Part shown: piece after piece, positions 25,204 to 35,859 of the stretch
How positions within the stretch are numbered: the first letter of the stretch is position 1
Layout of the letters: the number at the start of each line of letters is the position of its first letter
Source: Eubacteriales bacterium
GTDB taxonomy: Bacteria; Bacillota; Clostridia; Oscillospirales; UMGS1783
Direction: 5' to 3'
Assembly: GCA_045595395.1 (NCBI GenBank)
Contig: JAZOAH010000008.1
Coordinates: 27,857 to 91,856, forward strand
Length of the DNA stretch: 64,000 bases
Notes under the pieces: model-generated
What the model saw: the letters and a program-made list of their open reading frames with translations, nothing else
Database searches by the model: none
What the model was told of the DNA's origin: nothing
Position numbers and translations under genes: made by a program

Positions 25204-26118
25204 ATGTGGAATGAATTAGTTATTACGATTGCCGCAAAAAACTGCGATTTGGCCGCAAATATTTTAACGGTTTTGAATCATGATGGTATGTTTATTGAAG
25301 ATTTTTCTGATCTCATGGAAAATGACGCAGTGAAACAAACCAATCTTGTTGAGCAAGAATTATTAGATAAAATCTACAATGATCCCATCATCCACCTCTA
25401 CATCTCCCCTAATCAAAATCTAGCGGAAATGACACAATCCGCTCAGTCGTTATTGGATCAAAACCAAATTGAATATCATCTTGACGTAAAAGAAATTCCT
25501 GACAAAAACTGGAACGAAGAATGGATGAAATATTATAAGCCGGTGCATATCAATGACCGTTTAACCATTGTTCCTCGCTGGTTAAATTATAAGCCACAGA
25601 CGGACGAGTTGACGGTTTTATTAGATCCGGGCGCAGCCTTTGGAACCGGCACCCATGAAACAACAAAACTTTGCTTGGATGCATTAACCCGATACGTAAA
25701 AAATAATGACCGCATCCTCGATGTCGGTACAGGAAGCGGCATTTTAGCGATCACCTCTCTCCTTCTTGGCGCTAAATCAGCCGACGCTATTGATATTGAC
25801 CCTCTCTCCGTTAAGGCAGCCGGCGAAAACGCCAGATTAAACCATGTTCACGAGAAATTAAGCGTAAAGCTTGGTAGCTTGCTTGATGAAGCAACCGGGC
25901 ACTATCAGGTCATAACTGCCAATATTGTGGCCGACGTTATCATCTCCATGCTATCCGATCTAAAGCAACACATGAATACCGAAAGTACACTGATCCTCTC
26001 CGGCATCATTCGTGAGCGCGCACAAGATGTTCTAGATGCACTCAGCAAACATTCCTATCGTATAAAAGAGCATTTGCAAGACGGTGAATGGGTTGCATTT
26101 GTCGTAAGTATACAATAA
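25204..26118 (+). CDS. prmA: Ribosomal protein L11 methyltransferase
   Basis: WMKYYKP, DPGAAFGTGTHETT, LDVGTGSGILAI, ILSGII. Confidence 0.96.
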   Translation: MWNELVITIAAKNCDLAANILTVLNHDGMFIEDFSDLMENDAVKQTNLVEQELLDKIYNDPIIHLYISPNQNLAEMTQSAQSLLDQNQIEYHLDVKEIPDKNWNEEWMKYYKPVHINDRLTIVPRWLNYKPQTDELTVLLDPGAAFGTGTHETTKLCLDALTRYVKNNDRILDVGTGSGILAITSLLLGAKSADAIDIDPLSVKAAGENARLNHVHEKLSVKLGSLLDEATGHYQVITANIVADVIISMLSDLKQHMNTESTLILSGIIRERAQDVLDALSKHSYRIKEHLQDGEWVAFVVSIQ

Positions 26119-26155
26119 GAAAAGCAGAGTTAACATGGTTAACTCTGCTTTTCTT
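26117..26155. terminator. Bidirectional terminator
   Basis: AAGAAAAGCAGAGTTAAC-atg-GTTAACTCTGCTTTTCTT. Confidence 0.88.
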
Positions 26156-27562
26156 TTATGCCTCTTTCAAAAAACATTCTATGGCTCGATGAGTCATATA
26201 CACATCAAGTTTGCTAACAACCTCATATGGCGCATGCATAGATAACACACCAACACCGAGATCAACAACATCAATATCCATAGCTGCAACATATTTAGCC
26301 ACGGTGCCGCCACCGCCGGCATCAACCTTGCCCAGTTCGCCAGTCTGCCATATGACCTGATTATCATCAAGTATCTTGCGAATCTCACCCAGAAATTCAG
26401 CATTGGCATCATTGGTATCATACTTACCACCAGATCCGGAATATTTCATGATGATAGTACCATAATTGAGTTTGGTCGTATTGCGTTTTTCATATACATC
26501 CGGATAATTCGGATCAAAGGCCGCATTCACATCCGCCGACAAACACTTAGAATGGCGCATGCATTCACGCACATTCGCTCCGCTCCCGTTACACAATTCG
26601 GTGATAAAATTCTTCAAATAGTCAGCCTTAAGTCCGGTATTGCCGGATGATCCGATCTCTTCCCTGTCGGTCAGGACACCGATCACGGTCTTACCTTCCC
26701 CATCATTGGCCAACATGCCCGTCAAAACAGGATAAGCACAAACATGATCATCATGGCCGTAGGATCCAATCATAGAGCGGTCAAAGCCAACATCCTGAGC
26801 CTTATAGGCAGGCACCACACAAAGATCCGCCGACAGGAAATCCTCTTCTATGATATCGTATTTCTCATACAGCAGATTGAGAATGTTTAGTTTAACCTTT
26901 TCCGATGCCTTATCATCACGGAACGGGCAACTGCCGATCAGCACATTGAGCGCTTCTCCGACAATGGCTTCGGCTAACGGCTTGGTATTTTGTGCCTTAG
27001 ACAGGTGCGGCAACAAATCCGTCACGCAAAAAACCGGCTCATCCTCCTGCTCGCCCAGACAAACATTAACGACCGTGCCGTCCTTCTTGGCCACAACACC
27101 ATGCAAAGCAAGCGGTATTGCCGTCCATTGATATTTCTTGATACCACCATAATAATGCGTCTTAAACAGACACAGTTCGCTGTCCTCATATACGGGCGCC
27201 GGTTTCAGATCCAACCGCGGACTATCAATATGGGCAGCCGCAATATTAACGCCCTGGCTCATGGGCGTCTTGCCAATGACAGCAAATACAATAGAGCGAG
27301 ATCGGTTATTATAATATACTTTATCTCCCGCACGATAGGTATCCCCAAAACGAAATGGTTTATAGCCTTCTTTTTCAAGCACTTGTTGCACATATGTCAC
27401 ACATTCACGCTCTGTCTTGCCTACATTCAGAAAATTCTTGTATTCTACACAATAATCAAAGGCTTCCTCCGCTTGAGCATCCGTAATGCGTTCATAGCCA
27501 TTCTTGGGACTATAAAACAACTTTTCGCAAAGCTGCTCCCCTGCTGTTTTTTCTACATTCAT
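26156..27562 (-). CDS. M18 family aminopeptidase
   Basis: AHIDSPRLDLK, YYGGIKKYQW, GHDD, DREEIGS, LSMHAPYE. Confidence 0.93.
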   Translation of the reverse strand: MNVEKTAGEQLCEKLFYSPKNGYERITDAQAEEAFDYCVEYKNFLNVGKTERECVTYVQQVLEKEGYKPFRFGDTYRAGDKVYYNNRSRSIVFAVIGKTPMSQGVNIAAAHIDSPRLDLKPAPVYEDSELCLFKTHYYGGIKKYQWTAIPLALHGVVAKKDGTVVNVCLGEQEDEPVFCVTDLLPHLSKAQNTKPLAEAIVGEALNVLIGSCPFRDDKASEKVKLNILNLLYEKYDIIEEDFLSADLCVVPAYKAQDVGFDRSMIGSYGHDDHVCAYPVLTGMLANDGEGKTVIGVLTDREEIGSSGNTGLKADYLKNFITELCNGSGANVRECMRHSKCLSADVNAAFDPNYPDVYEKRNTTKLNYGTIIMKYSGSGGKYDTNDANAEFLGEIRKILDDNQVIWQTGELGKVDAGGGGTVAKYVAAMDIDVVDLGVGVLSMHAPYEVVSKLDVYMTHRAIECFLKEA

Positions 27563-28173
27563 TATTTTTTCTCCTCCAATATAGTACATGAAAAGATTTT
27601 ATCATAAATACGCTTAGTTTGGCATCTCAAGTGCTCTAAATCCGAACAATTCCAAATCACATAATCTGCATGCATTCGATAAAAGGACTTCGGTTTTTGA
27701 GCCTTTAGTCGTTGTCTTGCATCACGAAGACTCATGTCATCTCGCTCCATGATCCGTCGTAACTGTTTGTATTTGGGGGCAAGAACGGCAATCACACAAT
27801 CACATTTTGTCAGGTATCCGCTCTCTGCCAACGCTGCAGCATCCACAACAACACCCGTTTGGGAAGTAGCCTCCTGAATGCGTTGATCAACACTCGCCAG
27901 AATATATTTGTGCGTAATTCGGTTTAATGCTAATGTCTGCTCCGGATCAGAAAATGCACGTCTGGCCAGTTCCTTACGATTGAGAGTTTTATCTTCCTGT
28001 AAAATCTCACAACCAAAATGTTCAACCAATTCCGCCAAACACGGCGTACCGGGCTCAACAACCTCTCGTGCAATCTGATCACAATCAATATGATCTAGTC
28101 CCATATCGGTCAAATAAGATGCCACCAAGCTTTTACCGCAACCCGATCCACCGATCAAACCGATGATCTTCAC
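27562..28173 (-). CDS. coaE: Dephospho-CoA kinase
   Basis: IIGLIGGSGCGKS, LNRKELA, LNRITH; GTG start after GAGGAG. Confidence 0.92.
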   Translation of the reverse strand: MKIIGLIGGSGCGKSLVASYLTDMGLDHIDCDQIAREVVEPGTPCLAELVEHFGCEILQEDKTLNRKELARRAFSDPEQTLALNRITHKYILASVDQRIQEATSQTGVVVDAAALAESGYLTKCDCVIAVLAPKYKQLRRIMERDDMSLRDARQRLKAQKPKSFYRMHADYVIWNCSDLEHLRCQTKRIYDKIFSCTILEEKK

Positions 28174-28183
28174 TCTGTTCTCC

Positions 28184-29212
28184 TCACAACTCAATCTTAC
28201 AAAAACCTGACGCTTTCAGTAATCGGTTATATACGCCCAAAAATTCACCGTCATTGCGACAATTTCTCGCATAGATCTCAGTCACTTCCAGCTGATCAAA
28301 GCGGCGCAGTGCCGCAAATAGATTTCGAGAAAGCGAATAGGCATCATCTGCATTGCCCAGCGTCAATACCCGGCCACTGACAAATTCATCTTCTTCGCCA
28401 TCAAAACAAAGAATCCCCGTGGAATCTGTGGCCTTGCTATTGATATAAGAGATCACATCCGCTTCCCTGCCGGAAACGATCATCATCGGACATTGGGGCG
28501 CATAATGCCGATATTTCATGCCGGGAGACTGCACCTTGCTCTCATCCGGTAATTGTGACTCGATCGCCGGTGACAGATCTACAGGCCCGATGACCGACTC
28601 GATCTCCTCTCGCCCGATAATGCCGGGGCGTAAGATCATCGGCCGCTCTCCTACCATCGAGATAACTGTACTCTCAACGCCGACACAACAGGAACCGCCA
28701 TCAAGGATCAGCGGTATTCTCCCATCCATATCATCAAACACATGCTGTGCCGTTGTTGGACTGGGCCGTCCCGAACGATTGGCGCTGGGTGCAGCAATGG
28801 GCAAGCCGGAGCGACGGATCAATTCTCTAGCGATTTCGTTCTCCGGACAGCGAAGCCCAACGGTATTGAGTCCGCAGGTGACTTCTGCTGCAATACAGGC
28901 CGCACTTTTTACCACTAAAGTCAGTGGGCCAGGCCAAAACTTCTCCGCCAATGCTTTTGCCTTATCGTTGACATCTATCCCATATTTGAATATTTCATCA
29001 GCATGACAAATATGTACGATCAACGGGTTGTCTTGCGGCCGCCCCTTGGCTTGAAATATTTTTTTTACCGCACTCGAATCCAGCGCATTAGCCCCAAGAC
29101 CATATACCGTTTCGGTGGGAAAACCAACGACCTCACCGTCACGAATCAGGGCTGACGCCAGATCTAATGATACATCATTAGGCGGCATCATGTTTGTTTG
29201 TATCCTTTTCAT
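28184..29212 (-). CDS. sua5: L-threonylcarbamoyladenylate synthase (Sua5/TsaC)
   Basis: FPTETVYGL, KGRPQDNPLIVH, APSANRSG, PGMKYRHYAP. Confidence 0.95.
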   Translation of the reverse strand: MKRIQTNMMPPNDVSLDLASALIRDGEVVGFPTETVYGLGANALDSSAVKKIFQAKGRPQDNPLIVHICHADEIFKYGIDVNDKAKALAEKFWPGPLTLVVKSAACIAAEVTCGLNTVGLRCPENEIARELIRRSGLPIAAPSANRSGRPSPTTAQHVFDDMDGRIPLILDGGSCCVGVESTVISMVGERPMILRPGIIGREEIESVIGPVDLSPAIESQLPDESKVQSPGMKYRHYAPQCPMMIVSGREADVISYINSKATDSTGILCFDGEEDEFVSGRVLTLGNADDAYSLSRNLFAALRRFDQLEVTEIYARNCRNDGEFLGVYNRLLKASGFCKIEL

Positions 29213-30279
29213 TCAATATCCGCCTTTAATTTTTCCGCCTGCGCATTCGCAATCAAAGCATTTAACACATCATCAATCTCACCGTTCATAAAAGACTCCA
29301 ACTTATAGATCGTAAGTCCAATTCGATGATCGGTGATCCGTCCCTGCGGAAAATTATAGGTGCGTATCCGCTCACTGCGATCTCCCGACCCAACCTGATC
29401 CTTTCGGGCTGCTGAAATCTTATCGGCCTGCTCCTTTTGCTTTTGATCGTAGAGGCGGGATCGTAGAATCTTCAGCGCCTTGTCTTTATTCTTGAACTGG
29501 CTTCTTTCATCCTGACACTCCACCACCAAGCCCGTGGGCAAATGGGTCACACGGATGGCCGAGGATGTTTTATTCACATGCTGGCCGCCTGCGCCGGAAG
29601 AACGAAAGGTATCAATCTCTATATCTTTAGGGTCAATTTCAATTTCAACATCATCCGCCTCAGGCAGCACGGCAACGGTAACGGCCGAGGTATGGATACG
29701 TCCCGACGATTCGGTCTCCGGAACACGCTGCACACGATGGGCACCGCTTTCAAATTTTAATCGACTGTATACGCCGTCTCCTTCAACCAAAAAAGTAATT
29801 TCTTTATATCCGCCAAGCTCGGTATCGTTGGCAGACAGAATATCGACCTTATAGCCACGCATCTCTGCATACATGCTGTACATACGAAACAGAGCGCCGG
29901 CAAACAGCATTGCCTCTTCCCCGCCAACACCGGCACGGATCTCGACGATTGCACTTTTATCATCATCCGCATCCTTAGGCAGAAGCAAAATTTTCAGTTC
30001 TTCTTCCAAAAGCGGCAGTTTTCCCTTGCAGTCAAAATACTCTTCCTGCACCATCTGTTTAAACTCCGGATCCAGCTCGGTCTCAAGCAGTTGCGCCGCC
30101 TCATGAAAGGATTGGCTTATTAACTCAAACTCATGAAATTTTTCTACAATCGGCTCCAGGCTTTTCCGCTCCTTCATCAGTTTGCAGTATAACTCCTGGT
30201 CGGAAACGATCGAAGGATCCATCAGCTTATTGTCAATATCATTAAATTTTTCGGCAATACTCCTAAGTTTATCGATCAT
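29209..30279 (-). CDS. prfA: Peptide chain release factor 1
   Basis: HRVQRVPETE (PxT), GGQHVN, ERIRTYNFPQGR. Confidence 0.97.
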   Translation of the reverse strand: MIDKLRSIAEKFNDIDNKLMDPSIVSDQELYCKLMKERKSLEPIVEKFHEFELISQSFHEAAQLLETELDPEFKQMVQEEYFDCKGKLPLLEEELKILLLPKDADDDKSAIVEIRAGVGGEEAMLFAGALFRMYSMYAEMRGYKVDILSANDTELGGYKEITFLVEGDGVYSRLKFESGAHRVQRVPETESSGRIHTSAVTVAVLPEADDVEIEIDPKDIEIDTFRSSGAGGQHVNKTSSAIRVTHLPTGLVVECQDERSQFKNKDKALKILRSRLYDQKQKEQADKISAARKDQVGSGDRSERIRTYNFPQGRITDHRIGLTIYKLESFMNGEIDDVLNALIANAQAEKLKADIE

Positions 30280-30449
30280 TCTACACCTTTAATACTCTTT
30301 ATAATTTTAATGCGCGGTATCATCATTTCACGGCCACAACCGCAGCAGCGAAGCTTAAAATCCAAACCGGTCCGTAGCACAGTAAAACGGTTACTGCCAC
30401 AGGGGTGCTGCTTTTTCATGATCACACAGTCGCCTACTTTTATATCCAT
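30276..30449 (-). CDS. DUF951 (YyzM-like) small protein, 57 aa (not in ORF track)
   Basis: MDIKVGDCVIMKKQHPCGSNRFTVLRTGLDFKLRCCGCGREMMIPR; ATGA overlap with prfA. Confidence 0.88.
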   Translation of the reverse strand: MDIKVGDCVIMKKQHPCGSNRFTVLRTGLDFKLRCCGCGREMMIPRIKIIKSIKGVE

Positions 30450-30524
30450 GCCCGCACCTCACAATTCATTCCCTTATATGATACATCGTTTTGGAAAATC
30501 TGTAAAGCAAAAAGCAAAAGATAC

Positions 30525-30553
30525 TTGCAAAAAACATGATAAAAAAATATAAT
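30525..30553 (+). promoter_or_regulatory. Sigma-A promoter of ruvX
   Basis: TTGCAA-N17-TATAAT. Confidence 0.65.
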
Positions 30554-30559
30554 ATATGT

Positions 30560-30973
30560 ATGATTATCTTAGGAATTGATTATGGTGATGCTCGAACCGG
30601 TGTTGCCCGTGTCAACACAACCTGCCCGATCGTCACCCCCGTCGGCACAATTAAAGACAAAAGCATTGAAGGCGCCGCTCAAAAGGTTGCTGATCTGGCT
30701 CACGCTGAAAAAGCCGAAAAACTTGTTCTCGGCCTGCCCCGCAACATGGATGGAACTGAAGGACCTCGTGCTGAAAAAACAAGGCATTTCGGCGAATTGG
30801 TGCAGCAACATATTGATTTGGAGATCATTTTCTGCGATGAACGGCTCAGCAGCAGCTATGCCCATAACATCATGAATTTTACTGATACCCGCGGTAAAAA
30901 ACGCAAAGAAAGCGTAGATGCTTTGGCCGCCACCATCATTTTGCAGACTTATGTGGACTCTTTGAAGGACTGA
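30560..30973 (+). CDS. ruvX: YqgF/RuvX family nuclease
   Basis: ILGIDYGDARTGVA, GLPRNMDG, DERLSS, VDALAATIILQ. Confidence 0.94.
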   Translation: MIILGIDYGDARTGVARVNTTCPIVTPVGTIKDKSIEGAAQKVADLAHAEKAEKLVLGLPRNMDGTEGPRAEKTRHFGELVQQHIDLEIIFCDERLSSSYAHNIMNFTDTRGKKRKESVDALAATIILQTYVDSLKD

Positions 30974-31307
30974 ATAGATCCTTAACACCGATCACCATCA
31001 ACAAGACGCCAAATCCGAGGCGTATGATCTTAGCATCCATGGCCATAGCAACCAATGACCCGGCGATAGCGCCCATGCCTGAAAATATCATAAGTGGCCA
31101 TACGGTTTTCCACTGAATCATTTTTTGTTTCATATATAAAACGGTCGATAAGACTGCGCAGGGCAAAAAAAACAACAGATTCGTACCGGCCGCCATCTTA
31201 TGCTCTACCCCTTTGACTAGTGTCAGGTATAAAAGCAAGACCGATCCACCACCAAAGCCCATGCTGCTGAGAATGCCGACGATCAAGCCAACCCCTATAT
31301 CAAGCAT
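30936..31307 (-). CDS. TauE/SafE (TSUP) family transporter, half-size subunit
   Basis: MGFGGGSVL, AAGTNLLFFLP; four TMs. Confidence 0.85.
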   Translation of the reverse strand: MLDIGVGLIVGILSSMGFGGGSVLLLYLTLVKGVEHKMAAGTNLLFFLPCAVLSTVLYMKQKMIQWKTVWPLMIFSGMGAIAGSLVAMAMDAKIIRLGFGVLLMVIGVKDLFSPSKSPHKSAK

Positions 31308-31650
31308 CGATAAATATCCTCACTGCACAATAGATCATAAACACTGCGAAACTCTTCTTAATGAAAGAAGGCTTCGCTTTTTTTAATAAAAAGACACCTA
31401 TCGGTGCAGCGGCAACGCCACCAAGCAAATACCGCCAGGACATGCCGAAATCAATCTGTCCGTGTATGGCGTAGATCACCGTACTGACAGCACTGGCTGC
31501 TAAAATCGTCGCAACAGTATAGGCATGCGACCCCTTTTCCTCCTGCAACTGCTTACGCAAAAGCGGAACGCATAACATACCTGCCCCGCCGCCGATCAGG
31601 CCGTTTAACATGCCGGTAAGCAAACCAGTAAACGCCAGCTTTTTCTTCAT
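31300..31650 (-). CDS. TauE/SafE (TSUP) family transporter, half-size subunit
   Basis: GMLNGLIGGGAGMLCVP; GGAGG RBS before ATG 31650. Confidence 0.85.
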   Translation of the reverse strand: MKKKLAFTGLLTGMLNGLIGGGAGMLCVPLLRKQLQEEKGSHAYTVATILAASAVSTVIYAIHGQIDFGMSWRYLLGGVAAAPIGVFLLKKAKPSFIKKSFAVFMIYCAVRIFIDA

Positions 31651-31717
31651 ATTTCCTCCATAAACCATCTTTTCTTTAGTATGGCTTACGAATATGAAAA
31701 TATGAAAAGGTGATCGC

Positions 31718-32866
31718 TCAGCGATCACCTTGGTAACATTCCGACAGATGATTCATTATGGTGTTGGAAATACGAAAGCCTCTTTCCGTTAAAGCAAAGC
31801 CATCCTGTGTAAATTGAATCAGGCCATGCTGCGATAACACTTTTAACCGACATTTTAAGTTATCAAACTGAAAATACTCGGCTAATTCAGCATATTGCAC
31901 TCCGTCTTTCATGCGCAACCCCATCACTAATCTCTCATACGATAGCGAGGCCTTGGTCAACACTTCTTCCGACACAGGTGTCGTCTCTCCTAGGATATAC
32001 TCATCAAGATCGGCCGGTTGAGAATATCGAACACCCTGTATAAAGGAATGGGCGGCCGGCCCAAAACCGAGATACGGAAGGCTTTTCCAGTATTTTGTAT
32101 TGTGTCGACAGGCAAAACCCGGCTTTGCAAAATTGGAAATTTCATAATGCTCATAGCCATGGTCGGCCAAACGAGAACACAACAGGTCATACATCTGCTC
32201 TTCCGTTTCTTCATCCGGAAAGCGATAATGCTTTACAGATTGACACAAAGGTGTATTCTCTTGTACGGTAAGATTATAACAAGAAATATGCGGAATATCT
32301 AGGGTAAGTATCCCGCTCAGTGTTTCAGAAAAGGCATGCATGTGATCGATTCGACAACACCGATGGCCGACACCGAACATGATATCAACATTGATATTGC
32401 TAAACCCGACTTGACGCAGATCATGACATGCCTGTAATACGCGCTCTCGATCATGCAGGCGACCGAGATCGATCAACTCTTCTTCGCAAAGACTCTGCGC
32501 CCCCAAACTGATGCGATTGACTCCTATCTTCTTGAGTTGTATCATCAGATCCTTAGTCAGCGATTCTGGATTGGCTTCACAGGTTATCTCGATATCTTCC
32601 GTATAGGTGAAGCATTCCTTTGCCTTTTTTAAGATGCGGATCAAATGCTCACCGGCAACCGACGGCGTTCCTCCACCCACAAACAGCGTATCAATTCGGT
32701 AGTCACGATAACTCTCCGCCTGTCTTTCCATATCCAAAATCACGGCATCAGCATAACGGCGGATCCGATCGGGATCCGCCGTTACTGAATAGAAATCACA
32801 ATAATTACATTTCCGCTTACAAAACGGAATGTGAATGTAAAGTCCTAGTGCTTGTCGATTCATCAT
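31718..32866 (-). CDS. hemW: Radical SAM heme chaperone HemW (HemN-like)
   Basis: [36 protein letters not shown]; downstream of lepA. Confidence 0.92.
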   Translation of the reverse strand: MMNRQALGLYIHIPFCKRKCNYCDFYSVTADPDRIRRYADAVILDMERQAESYRDYRIDTLFVGGGTPSVAGEHLIRILKKAKECFTYTEDIEITCEANPESLTKDLMIQLKKIGVNRISLGAQSLCEEELIDLGRLHDRERVLQACHDLRQVGFSNINVDIMFGVGHRCCRIDHMHAFSETLSGILTLDIPHISCYNLTVQENTPLCQSVKHYRFPDEETEEQMYDLLCSRLADHGYEHYEISNFAKPGFACRHNTKYWKSLPYLGFGPAAHSFIQGVRYSQPADLDEYILGETTPVSEEVLTKASLSYERLVMGLRMKDGVQYAELAEYFQFDNLKCRLKVLSQHGLIQFTQDGFALTERGFRISNTIMNHLSECYQGDR

Positions 32867-34668
32867 ACATCCAATTTCAATACACTCATAAACGCTTCAG
32901 CCGGCACCTCGACAGAACCAAACTGTCTCATGCGCTTTTTGCCCTCTTTTTGCTTTTCCAGCAACTTTTTCTTGCGGGTAATATCGCCGCCGTAGCACTT
33001 GGCCAACACATCTTTACGAACAGCCTTGACCGTTTCACGGGCAATAACCTTACCGCCAATCGCAGCCTGAACAGGAATTTCAAAAAGTTGTCTGGGAATA
33101 TTCTCCTTCAGATTTTCTACCATCTTGCGGGCTTTGGGATAGGCACGATCCGCATGAAGAATAAAGGAAAGCGCATCAATTACATCGCCGTTTAAGAGAA
33201 TATCAAGTTTTACCAAGTTACTTCTCTTGTAGGCAGTGAACTCATAATCAAGAGATGCATACCCGTGTGTACGGGACTTCAGGCAATCAAAGAAATCATA
33301 AATAATTTCATTGAGCGGCATTTCATAATGAATATTGGTACGCCCCTGATCCAAATAGGTCATATCAATAAAAGTACCACGTCGCTCCTGACACAGATCC
33401 ATAACAGCGCCGACATGCTCAGTCGGCGAGAAGATATGGGCCGAAACCATCGGCTCTTCGGCATATTCAATTGATGTCGGTAACGGATAGTTGGTTGGGT
33501 TATCGATATAAACGGTTTCACCCGAGGTCAGCTTGAATTTATATATGACCGATGGGGCAGTCGTAATAATATCCAGATTATACTCACGCTCTAAGCGTTC
33601 CTGGATGATCTCCATATGCAAAAGACCCAAGAATCCACAACGAAAACCAAAGCCAAGCGCCGCCGAGGTCTCCGGCTCATAGCTAAGCGCCGCATCATTC
33701 AGCTGGAGCTTTTCCATGGCATCGCGCAGGTCCGAATAGTGTGCGCCATCGGCAGGATAAATGCCGCAATACACCATAGGATTTACTTTTTTGTAGCCTG
33801 GCAACGGCGTATCTGCAGGACAATCGGCAATGGTGACCGTATCACCCACTTGCGTGTCACGTACAGTTTTGATGCTGGCAGTAATATAACCGACCTCACC
33901 GGCAGTCAACTCCTCGGCCTTCTCCAAAGATGTCGCCCGCATATAGCCGACCTCGACCACGTCAAATTCCGCACCGGTCGACATGAGTTTCATGCGTTGA
34001 CCGGCACGAATTCTGCCCTCCATGATACGCACGTAAACAATAACTCCACGATAGCTATCATAGATCGAGTCGAAAATCAGCGCTTGCAACGGAGCATTGG
34101 AATCCCCGGTCGGTGCAGGAACATCTGCGACAATATGTTCAAGCACATCATCAATATTCGTTCCCATCTTAGCCGAAATACGAGGCGCATCTTCAGCCGG
34201 CAAGCCTATGATCTCCTCAATTTCTTCTATGGCACGATCAGCATCCGCACTGGGCAGATCCATTTTATTGATAACGGGAACGATCTCCAGATTATGATCA
34301 ATAGCCAGATAGGTGTTGCCCAAGGTCTGCGCTTCGATCCCCTGCGTGGCATCCACGATCAAAACCGCACCCTCACAAGCAGCCAAGGAACGGGAGACCT
34401 CATAGTTAAAGTCCACATGCCCCGGCGTGTCGATCAGATTCAATATATAATTTTGACCATCCTTTGCCTGGTATTCAAGTTTAACGGCACGTGCTTTAAT
34501 GGTAATGCCACGCTCTTTTTCCAGGTCCATATTATCCAGAATTTGTGCTGTCATATCCCGTGTATTGACCGAGCCGGTATGCTCCAGCAACCGATCGGCA
34601 AGGGTTGACTTGCCGTGGTCAATATGTGCGATAATCGAAAAATTCCGAATGTTTTTCTGATCAATCAT
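32863..34668 (-). CDS. lepA: Translation elongation factor 4
   Basis: [44 protein letters not shown]. Confidence 0.98.
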   Translation of the reverse strand: MIDQKNIRNFSIIAHIDHGKSTLADRLLEHTGSVNTRDMTAQILDNMDLEKERGITIKARAVKLEYQAKDGQNYILNLIDTPGHVDFNYEVSRSLAACEGAVLIVDATQGIEAQTLGNTYLAIDHNLEIVPVINKMDLPSADADRAIEEIEEIIGLPAEDAPRISAKMGTNIDDVLEHIVADVPAPTGDSNAPLQALIFDSIYDSYRGVIVYVRIMEGRIRAGQRMKLMSTGAEFDVVEVGYMRATSLEKAEELTAGEVGYITASIKTVRDTQVGDTVTIADCPADTPLPGYKKVNPMVYCGIYPADGAHYSDLRDAMEKLQLNDAALSYEPETSAALGFGFRCGFLGLLHMEIIQERLEREYNLDIITTAPSVIYKFKLTSGETVYIDNPTNYPLPTSIEYAEEPMVSAHIFSPTEHVGAVMDLCQERRGTFIDMTYLDQGRTNIHYEMPLNEIIYDFFDCLKSRTHGYASLDYEFTAYKRSNLVKLDILLNGDVIDALSFILHADRAYPKARKMVENLKENIPRQLFEIPVQAAIGGKVIARETVKAVRKDVLAKCYGGDITRKKKLLEKQKEGKKRMRQFGSVEVPAEAFMSVLKLDV

Positions 34669-34680
34669 TCAAAATATACC

Positions 34681-35847
34681 TCAGTTTAATTTGCTGAGAG
34701 TCTCCATTACATAGTTACCGAATTCCTCACTGGTAGCGCCGGTATTGCGGCCGGTAATCTTCAGCTTGGCTTCTTCAAACATACAGATATCCAGTGCACG
34801 CTCCAGCTTATCAGCAAGCGCCTGTCTGCCAATATGGGACAGCAGCATTACGCAAGCACGAAGCATCGAGCAGGGATCGGCATACTGGCCACGGCCCTCA
34901 TCCATCATACGAGGTGCCGAACCGTGAATAGCCTCAAACATGGCATAACGCTTACCGATATTGGCACTGCCGGCCGTGCCGACACCGCCCTGGAACTCAG
35001 CCGCTTCATCGGTGATGATGTCGCCGTAGAGATTCGGCAAAACAAAAACACGGAAAGCCGTTCTGCGCTTCTCATCGATCAGTTTAGCTGTGGTAATGTC
35101 AATGTACCAGTCATCCATCTCAACAGTAGGATAGTCCTTGGCAACCTCTTTGCAGATGTTAAGGAACTTACCGTCAGTGGTCTTAATAACATTTGCCTTT
35201 GTGATGACCGAAACTTTATTCTTACCGGATTTTGCAGCATAATCAAAGGCCAGCCGAGCAATGCGCTTGCAGCCCTCGGTGGTTGCAACGGTAAAATCAA
35301 AAGCCAGATCCTCGTCCACATTCACACCCTCAGAGCCCAGGGTATAGGCTCCCTCGGTATTTTCTCTGTAGAAGGTCCAGTCAATGCCCTTATCGGGAAC
35401 TTTGACAGGACGAACATTGGCAAACAGATCCAGTTCCTTGCGCATGGCAACATTGGCGCTCTCGATATTGGGCCAAGGATCGCCCTGACGGGGGGTCGTG
35501 GTCGGCCCCTTAAGGATAACGTGGCACTGCTTAAGCTCTTCCAGTACATCATCGGGAATGGCCTTCATCACCTCAACACGACGCTCAATGGTCAGTCCGT
35601 CAATAACACGGAATTCCACCTTGCCGGCCTTGACCTCATCAGCGAGCATGTGCTCGAGTACTCGAGCAGCCTCATTGGTAATGATAGGGCCAATGCCGTC
35701 GCCACCACAGACGCCTATGATCAGTTTGTCCAGCTTGCTGTAGTCAACAAAATCGCCTTGCTCCTTCATTTTGCGCACACGGGCATCCTGTTTATCTAAC
35801 AGCGCAGCAAATTTCTCCAGTGCTGCCTGTTTCTGCTGTTCGTTCAT
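34681..35847 (-). CDS. Isocitrate/isopropylmalate dehydrogenase family protein (probable isocitrate dehydrogenase)
   Basis: GDGIGP, RENTEG.Y, PNLYGDI.TD, FEAIHGSAP; downstream of aconitase. Confidence 0.88.
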   Translation of the reverse strand: MNEQQKQAALEKFAALLDKQDARVRKMKEQGDFVDYSKLDKLIIGVCGGDGIGPIITNEAARVLEHMLADEVKAGKVEFRVIDGLTIERRVEVMKAIPDDVLEELKQCHVILKGPTTTPRQGDPWPNIESANVAMRKELDLFANVRPVKVPDKGIDWTFYRENTEGAYTLGSEGVNVDEDLAFDFTVATTEGCKRIARLAFDYAAKSGKNKVSVITKANVIKTTDGKFLNICKEVAKDYPTVEMDDWYIDITTAKLIDEKRRTAFRVFVLPNLYGDIITDEAAEFQGGVGTAGSANIGKRYAMFEAIHGSAPRMMDEGRGQYADPCSMLRACVMLLSHIGRQALADKLERALDICMFEEAKLKITGRNTGATSEEFGNYVMETLSKLN

Positions 35848-35859
35848 GCTTATTTCTCC

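Noticed and set aside
30936-31650. Split TauE/SafE as a pseudogene or novelty
   Set aside because: Both halves have clean, coupled starts; paired half-size TSUP genes are common in Clostridia
33616-35799. Long plus-strand ORFs (330 and 321 aa)
   Set aside because: Antisense shadows of lepA and the dehydrogenase gene
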